Assembly (NCBI RefSeq): GCF_041381155.1
Contig: NC_091134.1
Span: forward strand, 61,118,902-61,182,901
DNA from: Argopecten irradians
Taxonomy: Eukaryota
DNA: 64,000 nt
Direction of reading: 5' to 3'
Shown here: positions 23,701 through 35,211 of the stretch, piece by piece
How the letters are laid out: the number at the start of each line of letters is the position of its first letter
How positions within the stretch are numbered: the first letter of the stretch is position 1
Program-made: the position numbers and the translations under genes
The notes under the pieces: generated by a model
What the model saw: only the letters and a program-made list of their open reading frames with translations
Database searches by the model: none
What the model was told of the DNA's origin: nothing

Positions 23701-25905
23701 AAAGGCTAAAATCTTTAAATGACTTCTTCTTTATAACCAAGAGGCCTAGGGTCCTGATATTGGGCATGTGACATGCTGGGATCAAGGGCTACCAAGTTTG
23801 TTCAAATGAATGACCTTGACCTTCATAAAGGACTTCTTCTTTATAACCAAGAGGCCTAGGGACCTGATATTGGGCCTGAGGCATGCTGGGATCAAGGGCT
23901 ACCAAGTTTGTTCAAATGAATGACCTTGATCTTCATTCAAAGTCACGGGGGTCAAAAAGGCTTAAATCTTTAAACGACTTCTTCTTAATAACCAAGAGGC
24001 CTAGGGACCTGATATCAGGCCTGTGACATGCTGGGATCAAGGGCTACCAACTTTGTTCAAATGAATGACCTTGACCTTCATTCAAGGTCACAGGGGTAAA
24101 AAAGGCTAAAATCTCTAAACGATTCTTCTTAATAACCAAGAGGCCTAGGGACCTGATATTGGGCCTGAGGCATGCTGGGATCAAGGGCTACCAAGTTTGT
24201 TCAAATGAATGACCTTGATCTTCATTCAAAGTCACAGGGGTCAAAAAGGTTAAAATCTTTAAACGACTTCTTCTTAATAACCAAGAGGCCTAAAGACCTG
24301 ATATTAGGCCTGTGACATGCTGGGATCAAGGGCTACCACGTTTGTTCAAATGAATGACCTTGACCTTCATTCAAGGTCACAGGGGTCAAAAAGGCTAAAA
24401 TCGTTAAACAATTTCTTTTTAATAACCAAAGAGACTAGGAACCTGATATTAAGCCTTTGACATACTGGGATCAAGCTACAAAGTTTGTGCAAATGAATGA
24501 CCTTGACCTTCATTCAAGGTCTCATGGGTCAAAAAGGCTAAAAGTCTTTAAATGACTTCTTCTTAATAACCAAGAGGCCTAGGGACCTGATATCAGGCCT
24601 GTGACATGCTGGGATCAAGGGCTACCAAGTTTGTTCAAATGAATGACCTTGACCTTCATTCAAGGTCACAGGGGTCAAAAAGGCTAAAATCTTTAAATGA
24701 CTTCTTCTTTATAACCAAGAGGCCTAGGGACCTGATATTGGGCATGTGACATGCTGGGATCAAGGGCTACCAAGTTTGTTCAAATGAATGACCTTGACCT
24801 TCATAATGACCTTGACCTTCATTCAAGGTCACAGGGGTCAAAAAGTCTAAAATCTTTAAACGACTTCTTCTTAATAACCAAGAGGCCTAGGGACCTGATA
24901 TTGGGCCTGAGGCATGCTGGGATCAAGGGCTACCAAGTTTGTTCAAATGAATGACCTTGATCTTCATTCAAGGTCACAGGGGTATAAAAGGCTAAAATCT
25001 TTAAACAGTTTCTTCTTAATAACCAGACAGCCTAGGGACCTGGTATTGGGCCTGTGGCATGATGAAATCAAGGGCTACCAAGTTTGTTCAAATGAATGAC
25101 CTTGATCTTCATTCAAGGTTACAGGGATAAAAAAAGGCTTAAATCTTTAAACGACTTCTTCTTAATAACAAAACAGCCTAGGGACTTGATATTGGGCCTG
25201 TGGCATGCTGGGATTAAGGGCTACCAAATTTGTTCAAATGAATGACCTTGACCATCATTCAAGGTCATAGGGGTCAAAAAGGCTAAAATCCTTTAAACGA
25301 CTTCTTCTTAATAATCAAGAGGCCTAGGGACCTGATATTGGGCTTGTGGCATGCTGGAATCAAGGGCTACCAAGTTTGTTCAAATGAATGACCTTGATCT
25401 TCATTCAAGGTCACAGGGATCAAAAAGGCTAGAATCTTTAAACGTCTTCTTCCTAATAACCAAACAGCCTAGGGACCTGGTATTGGGCATGTGGCATGCT
25501 GGGATCAAGGGCTACCACGTTTGTGCAAATGAATGACCTTGACCTTCATTCAAGGTTACAGGGGTCAAAAAGGCTAAAATCTTTAAAAGACTTCTTTATA
25601 CCAAAACAGTCTTGGGACCTGATATTGGGCCTATGGCATGCTGGGATCAAGGGCTACCAAGTTTGTTCGAATGAATGACCTTGACATCATTCAAGGTCAA
25701 AGGGGTAAGATAGGCTAAAATCTTTAAACAACTTCTTAATAACCAAGAGGTCTTGAGACCTGTTATTGGGCATGTGACATGTTGGGATGAAGCGCTACAA
25801 AGTTTGTTCAAATGAATGACCTTGACTTTCATTCAAGGTCACAGGGGTCAAATAGGCTAAAATCTTTAAATGACTCCTTTTTAATAACCAAGAGGCAAAG
25901 AGGCC
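20770..25905 (+). repeat. Satellite family B: ~147-bp monomer, ~35 copies, with local deletions (~22540, ~23400, ~23820) and a small duplication (~24790).
   Basis: Same monomer as 8255-9130. The ORFs MLGSRATKFVQMNDLDL... in the ORF track are repeat artefacts. Confidence 0.9.
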
Positions 25906-25947
25906 TCTAATATGCTTAGGGATGATATACATTCTCGTTTATTCTTT

Positions 25948-28019
25948 TTAGCTCACCTGGCCCGAAGGGCCGGTGAGCTTATGTCATGGCGCGGCGTCCG
26001 TCGTCCGTACGTTGTCCATCCGTCATCCGTCTGTCAACATTTCTTTAAATCGCTACTAGTCATAGAGTTCTGCATGGATTGTAACCAAATTTGGCCACAA
26101 GCATCCTTGGGGGAGGGGGAACAGAACTTGTATAAATTTTGGCTCTGACCCCCCGGGGGCAGGAGGGGAGGGGCCCAATAGGGGAAATAGAGGTAAATTC
26201 TTTAAATCGCTACTTGTCCTAGAGTTCTGCATGGATTGTAACCAAAATTAGCCATAAACATATCTTTGGGGGAAGGGGAACAGAACTTGTATAAATTTTG
26301 GCTCTGATCCCCCAGGGGCAGGAGGGAGGGGGCCCAATAGGGGAAATAAAGGTAAATCCTTTAAATCGCTACTGGTCATAGAGTACTGAATGGAATGTAA
26401 CCAAATTTGGCCACAAACATCCTTGGGGGAAGGGGAACAGAACTTGTATAAATTTTGGCTCTGGCCCCCCGGAGGCTGGAGGGATGGGGCCCAATAGGGG
26501 AAATAGAGGTAAATCCTTTAAATCGCTACTAGTCATAGAGTTCTGCATGGAATGTAACCAAATTTGGCCAGAAATATCCTTTGGAGATTAGAACTGAGTT
26601 TGTATAAATTTTGGCACTGGTCCCGGGGCGCAGGAGGGGCGGGGCCCAATAGGGGAATTATAGGTAAATCCTATAAATCGGTACTTGTCCTATAGTTCTG
26701 CATGGATTATCACCAAATTTGTCCACAAACATCCTTGGGGGTAGGAGAACAGAACTTGTATAAATTTTGGCTCTGACCCTCCGGCGACAGGAGGGGGAGG
26801 AGCCCAATAGAGGAAATAGTGGTAAATCCTTTAAATCGCTACTTGTCCTAGACTTCTGCATGGATTGTAACCAAATTTGGCAACAAACATCCTTGGGGGA
26901 AGGGGAACAGAACTTGTATAAATTTTGGCTCTGACCCCCCGGGGGCAGGAGGGGCGGGGCCCAATAGGGGAAATAGAGGTAAATTCTTTAAATCGCTACT
27001 TGTCCTAGAGTTCTGCATGGATTGTAACCAAAATTAGCCACAAACATCCTTGGGGGAGGGGGAACAGAACTTGTATAAATTTTGGCTCTGACTCCCCAGG
27101 CAGGAGGGGCGGGGCCCAATAGGGGAAATAGAGGTAAATTGTTTAAATTGCTACTTGTCCTAAAGTTCTGCATGGATTGTAACCAAAATTAGCCATAAAC
27201 ATATCCTTGGGGGATGGGGAACAGAAGTTGTATAAATTTTGGCTCTGATCCCCCAGGGGCAGGAGGGGCGGGGCCCAATAGGGGAAATAAAGGTAAATCC
27301 TTTAAATCGCTACTGGCCATAGAGTTCTGAATGGAATGTAACCAAATTTGGCCACAAACATCCTTGGGGGAAGGGGAACAGAACTTGTGTAAATTTTGGC
27401 TCTGGCCCCCCGGAGGCTGGAGGGGTGGGGCCCAGTAGGGGAAATAGAGGTAAATCCTTTAAATCGCTACTAGTCATAGAGTTCTGCATGGAATGTAACC
27501 AAATTTGGCCAGAAATATCCTTGGGAGATTAGAACTGAGTTTGTATAAATTTTGGCACTGGTCCGGGGGCGCAGGAGGGGCGGGGCCCAATAGGGGAATT
27601 ATAGGTAAATCCTATAAATCGGTACTTGTCCTAGAGTTCTGCATGGATTGTAACCAAATTTGGCCATAAACATCCTTGGGGGTAGGAGAACAAAACTTGT
27701 ATAAATTTTGGCTCTGACCCTCCGGGGACAGGAGGGGGTGGAGCCCAATAGAGGAAATAGTGGTAAATTCTATAAATCGCTACTTGTCCTAGAGTTTTGC
27801 TTGGATTGTGACCAAATTTGGCCATAAACATCCTTGTGGGAAGGAGAACAGAACTTTGGCTCTGACCCCCTGGGGACAGGAGGGGTGGGGCGCAATAGGG
27901 GACTTAGATGATAATATTAAAATTCCTTCAGAAAAGAAACAATGAACCTGTATTCAGAACATTACTTGGCATTACAAACCAGGTGAGCGATACAGGCCCT
28001 CTTGGCCTCTTGTTGTTAA
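25948..28019 (+). mobile_element. Helentron-like element copy 4: hairpin head, (GTCC)n spacer, ~12 monomers of satellite family A and the conserved tail ending GGCCCTCTTGGCCTCTTGTT.
   Basis: The head at 25948-26040 is near-identical to 2344-2428. Array is 26041-27905. Tail 27906-28019 is near-identical to 3205-3310. Confidence 0.55.
26041..27905 (+). repeat. Satellite family A: 157-bp monomer, ~12 copies.
   Basis: Same monomer as 2429-3210. The minus-strand PAPRG-rich ORFs are artefacts. Confidence 0.9.
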
Positions 28020-28283
28020 GTATGAACCATGTATGATTACCAGATTGCAATTGAGCGATTCGGGCCCATTGGGCCCTTGTTATAGTTTTGTCAAATGTCA
28101 TTTGTTTCCGTTTGGTTCAAAATAAAGAAGCTTTTGTATGGACAGGTATTCTGGGTGCAAGAAAACATTGAACATAGTGTTTATACATATGAATATTTAG
28201 GAAGATCTTTGGCTTAAAAAGAGTAATGTAATATGCTAACATATTTTTTCAATTGTCATAGCTTATTTATTTTTTTCTTCAAG

Positions 28284-28418
28284 AAATATGTGAAGAGTGC
28301 TGGAAGGGCATTTTTCTGTGTTTTGGAAGTCCATGTTAATGAGGAGCGAGATCTTCTGCCGGGACAAACATACAGGTTTAGGGTGTCTAAACACCATGGT
28401 AACCTAAAGAATATCCAG
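28284..28418 (+). CDS. PARP4: PARP4 exon 4: KYVKSAGRAFFCVLEVHVNEERDLLPGQTYRFRVSKHHGNLKNIQ.
   Basis: Acceptor ttcttcaag|AAA and donor CAG|gtgtgt. It aligns to human KVGMEGGQEAVVVELQCSRDSRDCPFLISSHFLLD. The phase is 0/0. Confidence 0.65.
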
Positions 28419-28614
28419 GTGTGTCAAAATGAAATAATTAACATTAGAGATATGTTTTGTGAGAAAAAATATTTTTTGAAAACATATAAATCCAACATTA
28501 GTATTTCTGATGTTCCTGATGATAAATTACATAATGTTATTATTATGATAGTTTTTTTTCCAGTAGGTAATAGTGTACCTGAATAAATGTTTTGATGAAC
28601 CTGTTTTATAATAG

Positions 28615-28776
28615 GATGGGAAACCTGAGAAAATGGAGTGTTATTATGTAGAGACATCAGAAGAGGCAACAAAGATGTACACTTACCTATACAAACAGCA
28701 GACTGACCCCCCAAACCTTATGGAGGTGTCCCATGATGCTCCACCTAGAGGGGTTGGCACCTTGCATTTTCAAAAG
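28615..28776 (+). CDS. PARP4: PARP4 exon 5: DGKPEKMECYYVETSEEATKMYTYLYKQQTDPPNLMEVSHDAPPRGVGTLHFQK.
   Basis: Acceptor tataatag|GAT and donor AAG|gtgata. It aligns to human DGMETRRQFAIKKTSEDASEYFENYIEELKKQ. Confidence 0.65.
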
Positions 28777-30246
28777 GTGATAGAAGTCTTAGAAAGAGTA
28801 TAAAAAAACAAACAACAACATAAAACAAAAAAAATTGTTACCTTGAAATACATCTCAGAGATAAAAAAAAATCTGATTGAGATATGACAATAGAAAAAGT
28901 AAGCTTTTGATCATTATAATTTTACTGCTATTATACAAATTACGTCCTCGGTCAATATTTTTTCTTTGGTCGATATAACCATGTATCGACCTCATCAAAA
29001 TGCTATAATTGTTTTATTATTTTTCTGGATTTTCTACATTTTGAAATGAGTGTGAAACTAAGTGAGCATCGCATTGTACATTCTGCTTCGTGATGACAGT
29101 TACAATTCTATGATTTTGTAACAAGTATAATTCAAAAACAACATATGAAAAAAGTATCACTTGATGCACTTCAAGCTTTTATTACATGAACCCGGTGCAT
29201 GCGTGTTTGTAAATTGCATACATATACATATACTCCATTGTACATGAAGTTCCATGTCTTAAGGACACAGTCAATTAAATGTATAGTTTGTTCTCTGTTG
29301 AAATAATACACTTCGACGTCAAACATATATTAACAGATTCAGATTAAAATTAAGATACATTATCTTATGCTTAGTAATCCATTCCGTAAAATAAAAATCG
29401 TATACATACAGTAGGGTTAGCCAAGGCCTAATGTAGTAAATTAGCCTAGGTGGAATTATAAAAATAAATATCAAACGTATTCACTATTCAATGGCTCCAG
29501 ACGCTTAATGAATATTATTCGATTATTTCCTACTCTCCTACCGTGTTTATATTGAAACTTTAAAAGCTTAAACTGTAGTCATCAGCTGGAAGTCATCATC
29601 ATCTTTGTTAGAAACCGAAACAATCAACGTCGTCTGTCATTGTTAGAAACCAAAACAATCAACGTCGTCTGTCATCAAAGCGTTTGTTTCAAAGCGCCAG
29701 GAACACAAAGCGTTTTGGTAACGTAGACGATAACGTTATCTAAAAATAACCGTGCAATATACTTTTTCTATAAACTACTTCCGGAAAAATCATGCAATAA
29801 AGTTTTTTATCGGTGATCACGTGGCGTATTTTTGACCAATGAGAAGTGACAAAAAATCCAGAAAAATAATAAATAAATATATCAATTGAAGTGTTGCTTT
29901 TTCACAAAAATTTTGATCTTAAATTCATATGAAGCAAAATATAAGAATCAGTGATAAATCTATGTGCGCATCCCGAGTCCTGGACTCACAGAATTTTAAA
30001 AGGACCCATGAAATTTCTGGGAATGGTATCTATAACACTGTGGGACTCATTATTTTCACAAAAATCATTGAAAAGGACCCACGAAAAATAATCATAGATT
30101 GAACACTGAAGAATAATGTAAATTTATTAACTTGAATGATGTATGCAATACTTTATTGTGGTTTACTGTTATGTATAATATCTTTTTGTAATAATGAACT
30201 AAGAGAAAAAGGATTGTATTATTTCTTGATGTATGGGTTATAACAG

Positions 30247-30381
30247 ATGATGGTCACATTTGGACTAGAGAAAACAGAGTTATCTGCCCCTGTCTGTGAG
30301 CTGGTAGAGGGGATATGGAAGGAAGCCTATTCCGATCTGTCTGATATCTTAACTTCACCCAGCTCTGTTAAATTAGAACAG
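30247..30381 (+). CDS. PARP4: PARP4 exon 6: MMVTFGLEKTELSAPVCELVEGIWKEAYSDLSDILTSPSSVKLEQ.
   Basis: Acceptor taacag|ATG and donor CAG|gttagt. ELVEGIWKEA matches human DLVEMIWAEA. Confidence 0.7.
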
Positions 30382-30854
30382 GTTAGTAGATATGTAAAAA
30401 AACATATGTGATAATATTAATAGATGACTAAATTAAAGGTAAATAAATGTGAATAACATGTATTCATAAATAAGGAAAGGATTGAATGATAGATTTATAT
30501 GCAGCAAATTGAATTGGACATTAAATTATCATTTTAATTGATAATTAACTAATTTTATGTATGCAGATTTTCAAATAAATGTCCTATTAAAACAGTATTT
30601 ATTTTATTTATGAATTTATGTATGAAATGTTTATGAAATTTCATCATCTTGACTAGAAGAAAAATTGGTTTACTGTATTGGCTCACAGTAACATTTTATG
30701 AAAAATCATTTTATTCCAGATCTCTATGCACAAAATGCATTTTAACAAATTCAAAATACAAAATGTATCTGTTACTAATGTACACAAATTCTAGTACAGA
30801 TTGTGAACAATATGTCCATTGTGTGACTTACCATGTAACATTGTAATGTTTTAG

Positions 30855-31013
30855 ATTGAGAAAGCTGAAGCACTACTGATGAAACTGAAGTGTCAACCAG
30901 AGGACAAGGAGTCTATTCTCAATGAATACTACACTTCTCTTCCACACAACACTAAAGTGTCTGTCAACCAAGTGAACAATGCTTGGATGTCTAGCGAACA
31001 GGATATATGTCAG
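30855..31013 (+). CDS. PARP4: PARP4 exon 7: IEKAEALLMKLKCQPEDKESILNEYYTSLPHNTKVSVNQVNNAWMSSEQDICQ.
   Basis: Acceptor gttttag|ATT and donor CAG|gtatgt. It aligns to human VSKAEGILLLVKAALKNGETAEQLQKMMTEFYRLIPHKG...ADLCQ. Confidence 0.7.
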
Positions 31014-31309
31014 GTATGTTGAAGATCAGGATTTTTATTTTTCTGGTAACAACAGGACTTGTACCTGATTCATTGTTGTTTTAACAAAGGACTATGTATG
31101 GTTTGGGCCTTTATGGGCCCTCAAATTCATTAAATTGTCAACGTACCGGTAATGTTGCAAAATGAAGCAATATTATAATTGTATTTGAAATATTAAGTGC
31201 ATCCCTGATTCATCTATGCTGGTTGTTTTCTATTATCACCACTTTAGTTGCCATGGTAACCATTCAAAATTTGTGCAAGTCAAGCGTATGTGAAAATTAA
31301 TTCATTTTC

Positions 31310-31985
31310 ACCTATTTTTGTGTCGCCTGCCAAGCAATGGCGACACTGAGGTATCACTATGTCGGCGTCAGCGTCCGGGAAACAGTTTCCGTGCGATAAC
31401 TTATTATTATTGACCGATTTCAACCAAATTTGTTTTATTACTTTATATCAATGAAATCTCGTATGAAATCAATAATTGTCAAAATCCGTCAATATTTGTA
31501 AGAGTTACGGGACTTTAAAATCGTCAAAACAGATAAATCCATGGTTTCCGCTTGATAACTTAAGTATTTATTGTCCAATTTCAACCAAATTTGGTATATT
31601 GCTCTATATCAATGAGATCTTAGATGGGTTCGATACTGGTCAAAATCTGTCAATATTTGCAAGAGTTACTGGACTTAAAAATTGTCAAAACATGGTTTCC
31701 GCTCGATAACTTTAGTATTTATTTTCCAATTTCAACCAAATTTTTGTAAATTGCTTTATATCAGTGAGATCTCGTAGGAGTTTAATAATGGTCAAAATCC
31801 GTCAAAATTTGCAAGAGTTACGAGACTTTAAAATCATCAAAACCGATACTTTTTGTGTTTATTGTCCGATATCAACCAAATTTGGTGTATTGCTTTTATT
31901 GAATGGGATCTTAGATGGGATTGACACTGGTCAAAATCCATCAATATTTGCAAGAGTTATTGAACTTGATAACTTCACTTAATTA
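31310..31985 (+). repeat. Hairpin-headed tandem array, family D. A GTGTCGCC-N12-GGCGACAC hairpin at ~31318-31345 is followed by 4 monomers of ~140-165 bp (anchor TTTCAACCAAATTTG), in PARP4 intron 7.
   Basis: The anchor is at 31421, 31582, 31734 and 31874. The head tgtgtcgcctgccaagcaatggcgacactgaggtatcactatgtcggcgtcagcgtccgg is palindromic. Confidence 0.7.
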
Positions 31986-32526
31986 TTAACAATATTTTCA
32001 ACTTTAAATAAGTATTTTTTGTGATGATGTGCAGGCGACACATCCACTTCTGTGGAATTCTTGTTTGATGGATTTTATGTAAGAAAAAACAGAGTGCAAT
32101 CCTGAACAAACCTAATATTTACTGAGAATATGTAAGCATTTAAGATACATCCTAAGTAGAAATATAAAGTTTATTCAAGGATGCGCTCTATTATTTTTAA
32201 ATGAAAACCTTAGCAAAAATAGGTAAATATTACCAAATGATCAATTTACTTAATTTATGCATATTTTGGATGGTTTAATACCATGATAATTACATCTGCA
32301 ATTATGCACAACTACCATACCAATTGTATCTTGGATGTACTAGATATTTCAAATTAAACAATTTAATCATTAAATAACGGGTTTAAAAATTTGACAGATT
32401 TGGGTGCCAAAAAGGGCCCAAATAGTACAAAGTCCTTTTTCATTTATAAATTGTGTTGTAAATGATGATGATGACGACGACAATGTTGTTGATAGTTTGT
32501 TTTGTATCTAAATGCACCATATATAG

Positions 32527-32687
32527 GTGATGAAGGACATGTTGACCGTCAGTGAAGCCACTGGCTGGTCACTCCGAGGGTCAACAGAGTCCAAATACCG
32601 AGCCCTCAGATGTCAGATAGAGCACAGACCCCCTGACCACCACGTATATAAGACTGTCAAGGCACTAGTCAACAAATCCATTGATAG
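32527..32687 (+). CDS. PARP4: PARP4 exon 8, ending in phase 2: VMKDMLTVSEATGWSLRGSTESKYRALRCQIEHRPPDHHVYKTVKALVNKSID.
   Basis: Acceptor atatag|GTG and donor AG|gtgggt. AKYRALRCQIEH is identical to human AKYRALRCKIEH, the entry into the PARP regulatory and catalytic region. Confidence 0.85.
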
Positions 32688-33086
32688 GTGGGTACTTTGT
32701 GATCATTGTGATCATACCTTTGTGATATGATTCATAAGAGGTAGATGTTTACAGGATTACAGATTTCAGGTCAGGGCATAAGATCACTTACCAGAACATA
32801 TGGTTTTTGTAAGGGGACTGCATAAATAACTAAAGAGATTCTTTCTATAGCTAGGCTTCTTATGTTCCTTTATGTAGGCTTATAAACATAATTGGTTCAG
32901 TTTGATCGAAAGTGATGAAAAGATATTTGGCATTTGATGTAAATCATAAATTAATAAAATCTATTTTTCTGTTATTTCCAATTATTGTCCCTTTTAAATT
33001 GATATTAAGAACAGATTTTCTGTCACCAGTATTGAGAAATCAAATAAATACCCAGCTAGATATAAATGGTTTATTGTGTGTTCCAG

Positions 33087-33227
33087 CAGTGTCACACGGC
33101 TGAACATTGTCAATGTGTTTGAGGTTCATAGACAGCTGGAGGAGGACAACTTCACAAAGGATGTACATGGACAGACACTTTTATTTCATGCATCAAAACC
33201 TAACAACTTTGTTGGGATCTTGTCCAG
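33087..33227 (+). CDS. PARP4: PARP4 exon 9 (PARP catalytic domain): (S)SVTRLNIVNVFEVHRQLEEDNFTKDVHGQTLLFHASKPNNFVGILS(R).
   Basis: Acceptor ttccag|C, with a NAGNAG alternative 3 nt downstream, and donor AG|gtgaat. It matches human LLHGSPVQNIVGILCRG, here with H-A-S in place of H-G-S. Confidence 0.8.
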
Positions 33228-33491
33228 GTGAATAAATCGATACATCCATACACTTTTATTTGATATTTAGCTTTATTGGGTTGACCATTGTTACAGATGA
33301 CCTATTTGATTCCAGCAAATATATACAATCATAATAATTATTATATATTTAATTATTGTAATAAGAATTCAATTACTTTTTTACTAGGAGTTTTGTTTAC
33401 AGTCCTTTAATGTAGAAAATGCACGAAACTTTATTTGTAATTAAGTCATGGAATGGGAATCATTTTACTGATACTGTATTGGATTATCTAG

Positions 33492-33590
33492 AGGCTTATT
33501 GATGCCAAAGATGGTTGTGGACGATTTTGGAGGGACACGGACAGATGCTGGGATGTTGGGTGCAGGCATTTACTTTGCCAGTGCTGCCAG
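33492..33590 (+). CDS. PARP4: PARP4 exon 10 (catalytic domain): (R)GLLMPKMVVDDFGGTRTDAGMLGAGIYFASAA.
   Basis: Acceptor tatctag|A and donor CCAG|gtataa. It matches human RGLLLPKVVEDRGVQRTDVGNLGSGIYFSDS. Confidence 0.85.
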
Positions 33591-34347
33591 GTATAAGTTA
33601 TGAAACTTAGGATTGGTTACATTAGAATAGAATAATAAATAACATAATTAAGTTCTGGTCATGAGTACATAATTCTGCATGCAGAAGGGACTACATAGAT
33701 AAAAGATTTCCAAGGGGCAGCTGAGTGGTTAAGGTGTATCATTCTATTGATCTCCAGTACTTAGTTGTGAGTTTGAAACCAACATTAGGACAATGTGCCT
33801 GAGACTGACTAGAGACTGACCAGAGAAATATGTTTATACTCCCAGAGACATACTTAAGCTTTCCTCACACTCTAAGTTTAAACACATCCTTAAATGCCCC
33901 TTATTTCTAATGTTATATTTTTCCGAAAATATTCTGCAATGTTAAGTGGATATTAAGATACGAAAATGTTTACTTATTATTTTTTTGATGAAATTGATAA
34001 TTTAGCAATTAATAAAGAATTATAAAAAAATGATACTCAGATTCTGAACGGTTTCATTGGTGTTGAAATCGTTATTTCAAAAATAATTTAGAAATAAAAT
34101 TTAATAGAGTTATTTCAGGATAATAAGTTATTCAACTTATTGTTCTTGAAAAACTTCAAATATCATAAAATAAATACGGTATATCGTAAATATTTTTTAT
34201 TAAACTCCGAAATTCAACACTGCACACTTATGTATAGTTTACTAAATTCTATATTTAAATGAAAAACCAATTTCTTTATTCCTTTGTTTGAGTCCTTCAT
34301 TCACAGCATCTATGAGTGGCCTTGGCACTTTGATTTATATCATTTAG

Positions 34348-34531
34348 CACAAGTGTGAAGTATTCCCAGGTCAGTAAAAGCCGAGGCACCAGGATGATGC
34401 TGGTCAACAAAGTGGCTCTGGGTAAATGTATGGACCTATACAGCCACGACCAGACCCTTACTCATGCTCCAGATGGTTACTCCAGTGTTCACGGTGTGGC
34501 TAGCACATCCAATAAATCATCAGACTTCACC
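34348..34531 (+). CDS. PARP4: PARP4 exon 11 (catalytic domain): (S)TSVKYSQVSKSRGTRMMLVNKVALGKCMDLYSHDQTLTHAPDGYSSVHGVASTSNKSSDFT.
   Basis: Acceptor catttag|C and donor ACC|gtaagc. It matches human TSIKYSHPGETDGTRLLLICDVALGKCMDLHEKDFSLTEAPPGYDSVHGVSQTASVTTDFE. Confidence 0.88.
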
Positions 34532-35060
34532 GTAAGCCATCATCCAAATTTAAATTTATACTTTCCTTACTTTTTACACTAGGTAGGATGTAGATATTGA
34601 TTGTGCAATTTGAAGGAAATGTTCTTAACAAACAAATAAATAACAAATTATAAATAACAAACTTACATCTTCATAATATTATTATGATTGAAACATTTAA
34701 GCATAAACTGTCCTCGTGTGGAATCTATGGTCTATATAGATGCCAAAGCTTTGCAGACAATCTTTATAATGTGTACTATCACAAGTGACATCATACTGGT
34801 CATGTTTTGGGTGTCATTTATACCCACATAGACTTTACTTAATTTGGCTTAGTTAGTTTATATAGTAGAAGTGGCAAGTGAATTTCAGTATTTATGCTTA
34901 TGTTGAAGATTTCAACTTAGGATAGACCAAAGAAAAATATCCCAGAAATTTGATTATGTGTGAGTGTATTGGCTTAGATTCATAACCTTTTTTTTTTTTT
35001 TTTTTTTTTACTTTATCCTGATTTATGCAATAACAAACTCCAAATACTGTTCACCTGTAG

Positions 35061-35211
35061 GAGGATGAGTATGTAGTGTACTCACCAGACCAACAGAAGA
35101 TGTGCTACCTCGTGGAGTTTACAGTCAGCAGTGAGACACCCATACCTATGGAAATTGTACACACAGAGGAAAACATGGAGACTAATACTCAAACATTATC
35201 AGACAAAATCA
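35061..35211 (+). CDS. PARP4: PARP4 exon 12, ending in phase 1: EDEYVVYSPDQQKMCYLVEFTVSSETPIPMEIVHTEENMETNTQTLSDKI. It contains the catalytic Glu region.
   Basis: Acceptor cctgtag|GAG and donor A|gtaaga. It matches human DDEFVVYKTNQVKMKYIIKFS. Confidence 0.8.

Larger units (their letters stand above)
20636..28085 (+). mobile_element. Helentron-like element copy 3: hairpin head, (GTCC)n-like spacer and ~35 monomers of satellite family B. A family A element is nested near its 3' end. Its own tail (…GAGCGATTCGGGCCCATTGGGCCCTTGTT) is displaced to 28020-28085.
   Basis: Head TTAGCTCACCTGCCCGAAGGGCAAGTGAGCTTATG at 20636. The B array 20770-25905 has no tail before the next head at 25948. An orphan tail-like sequence related to the 9150-9215 tail follows the A tail at 28020-28085. 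All of this lies in PARP4 intron 3. Confidence 0.5.

Noticed and set aside
21079-25678. Series of near-identical 60-67 aa ORFs MLGSRATKFVQMNDLDLHSRSQG...
   Set aside because: Artefacts of the 147-bp family B satellite, with one ORF per monomer pair.
29606-29850. 2 x 35-bp direct repeat plus E-box (CACGTG) and CCAAT motif in PARP4 intron 5, considered as an internal promoter.
   Set aside because: Isolated short motifs are expected by chance in 64 kb. No CpG enrichment, TATA or downstream ORF.
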